Origin: Hypanus sabinus
Lineage: Eukaryota
DNA: 64,000 nucleotides
Reading direction: 5' to 3'
Assembly (NCBI RefSeq): GCF_030144855.1
Contig: NC_082728.1
Span: 7,688,001-7,752,000, forward strand
Program-made: the position numbers and the translations under genes
Part shown: positions 62,305 through 64,000 of the stretch, piece by piece
Layout of the letters: the number at the start of each line of letters is the position of its first letter
Numbering within the stretch: position 1 is the first letter of the stretch
The notes under the pieces: generated by a model
The model's input: only the letters and a program-made list of their open reading frames with translations
Database searches by the model: none
Told to the model about the DNA's origin: nothing

Positions 62305-62583
62305 CACTATATGCCGTGTCATATGACATGGCATGATTGTTTTTGGCAAATTTTTCTACAAAAGTGGTTTGCCATTGCCTGGCATCTGTGGTTGCGTAAT
62401 TTGTGATTTGTACCAGTTATTCACATGACCATCCATTACCTGCTTCCATGGCTTAACGTGGCCCTGATTTTGAAGGGGTGAGGGCTAGGCAGGTGCTACA
62501 CCTTGCCCTAAGGTGACCTGCAGGCTAGCAGAAGGAAGGAGCACCTTACATCTCCTTTGATAGAAATGTATCTCCACCCCACC
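62305..62583 (-). mobile_element. SINE, same family as 22822-23210
   Basis: Reverse-complement similarity. Confidence 0.65.
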
Positions 62584-62790
62584 AATACACTTACCTTACA
62601 TTATTGTTTACTCTGCAGTGACACCAAGCTATTGAGCTATTAATGATACTCTGATATAACCCACTGTCTAAGGTGACAGTGCTGCTGGGGCTTCTATTTG
62701 AAAGGTTTCCCTAGTTGTCTTTGATGCAGGCTTTCCTCCTGCTGTATAATCGATTACAGCTTTTTAACAGCCTTCTGTTTGTATCTTCAG

Positions 62791-62877
62791 GAAAGGAGCG
62801 CGGTCACTGCTTTACCATCGAGTACGTGATGCCGATGAATGTGGAGCTGACCTCAGAATCTACCATCAGTATTCTCA
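62791..62877 (+). CDS. CACNG5: CACNG5 second coding exon (87 nt)
   Basis: CTTCAG acceptor; (G)KERGHCFTIEYVMPMNVELTSESTISIL; A|GTTAGT donor; phase matches the previous exon; missed by the ORF track. Confidence 0.95.
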
Positions 62878-63214
62878 GTTAGTATCCATTCTGCCTCCAA
62901 TTGGAATGAATTTAAAAAAAAAAGTCTAGTCTTTGTCCCAGCAGATCATTCATGGAGGTGTTCGTACCCTGTGGTCCTGCCCTACCCCTCTCTGATGGCC
63001 TTATTAAGGGCACCAAAAGTTTCATGGAGAGGGCAGGAGAATGGGTTGGAGAGGGATAATAAATCATCCATGATGAAATGGGGAGCAGGTTCAATGGGCC
63101 AAATGGCCCAATTAATGCTCCTTTTTCTTTTGGTCTTATGACTCCTCTGAACATTGAACTAAGTTACAAGTCCTTCAGCCTGTAATGTGATGCTGACTTT
63201 TTAAAAGAGGGTGG

Positions 63215-63475
63215 GGTACCAGTTAGTGCGATGCAGTTACAGCTCAGGATGTTCAAGAGATCACAGTTCAATTCTGGCACCATTGATAAGGCATCTCTAT
63301 GCCCTCCCCATAGATTTTCTCCAGTGCCTCCAGTTTCCTCCCACAGTCCAAAGACATACAGGGTAGGTTAATTGGACATTGTAATTGTCCCATGATTAGA
63401 TCAGGGTATATTGGGGATGCCAGGGTGTTGCAGCCAGAAGAGCCTACTCTGTGCTGTATCACTAAATAAAATAAA
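63215..63475 (+). mobile_element. V-SINE-like element inserted in a CR1 3' end
   Basis: CCAGTTTCCTCCCACAGTCCAAAGAC core; (TAAA)n tail; CR1 sequence on both sides. Confidence 0.7.
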
Positions 63476-64000
63476 TCAATCTAACCCTTCCCTCCTACAT
63501 AACCCTCCATGTTTCTTTCATCCGTGTGCCTATCTAAGAGTTTCTTAAACGTCCCTAATTGTAGCTGCCTGTATCACTAGCCCTGGCAGTACATTCCACA
63601 TATCCATCACTGTTTGTGTAGAACATTTACCTGTGACATTGCCCCTGCCTATCAGGATGCTGGAGCAGGGATCCAATGCTGTGTACACAGTGATATTAAT
63701 TGAATATCCTGAGGTGCAAACAAAGTTGGCATCAAAATTCAGGCTGAAATCAATACATCTAGAGAAATCCAAAAACCAGAATCAGGAAACAGGCAGAGTC
63801 GATATTCAGACAGAGTACAGATACAAATGCTGAAAATGCTCAGGAAAATTCACCAGCACAATCTGGCAAGAAACAGGTGAAAACACATTGAGCAATAAAC
63901 AGAGAGGCAGATGATAGGTGGAGCACAATGAGGCAAAAGTGGCAGAAAAATAGGTAATAATGAGAAACAGGTGAGAGATGGAGTACTCAGTAATACAGGG

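Noticed and set aside
1-64000. CRISPR arrays, rRNA, intact tRNA genes or prokaryotic systems
   Set aside because: None seen; the DNA is intron-containing vertebrate sequence and the tRNA-like pieces are SINE heads

Overview
Vertebrate genomic DNA, most likely from a cartilaginous fish (a ray or shark; inferred from the CR1, V-SINE, Rex and Penelope repeat mix, not proven). It spans the PRKCA-CACNG5 junction on the + strand. The last coding exon of protein kinase C alpha lies at 1389-1553, followed by an AT-rich, repeat-poor 3' UTR. A CpG island at about 24.5-26.6 kb probably holds the untranslated first exon of CACNG5, and the first two coding exons of CACNG5 (TARP gamma-5) lie at 61057-61264 and 62791-62877. 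Most of the rest is decayed, often nested mobile DNA: a near full-length CR1 LINE, many CR1 and Rex/Babar fragments, an L1-clade 3' end, Penelope-like elements, a Gypsy provirus, solo LTRs, hAT and Tc1 non-autonomous elements, and SINEs. The most notable signals are: (1) a minimal, probably dimer-acting hammerhead ribozyme in the Penelope 3' ends, which also recurs as about a dozen short cassettes, most of them damaged by CpG decay; (2) a probable composite transposon bounded by two hairpin Tc1-type MITEs inside a multi-layer insertion nest at 51.7-59.9 kb; (3) a shifted CACNG5 start codon; (4) a PKC-alpha C-terminus lacking the canonical class I PDZ ligand. There are two assembly gaps. Repeat boundaries were read by eye and are approximate unless a target-site duplication (TSD) is quoted.
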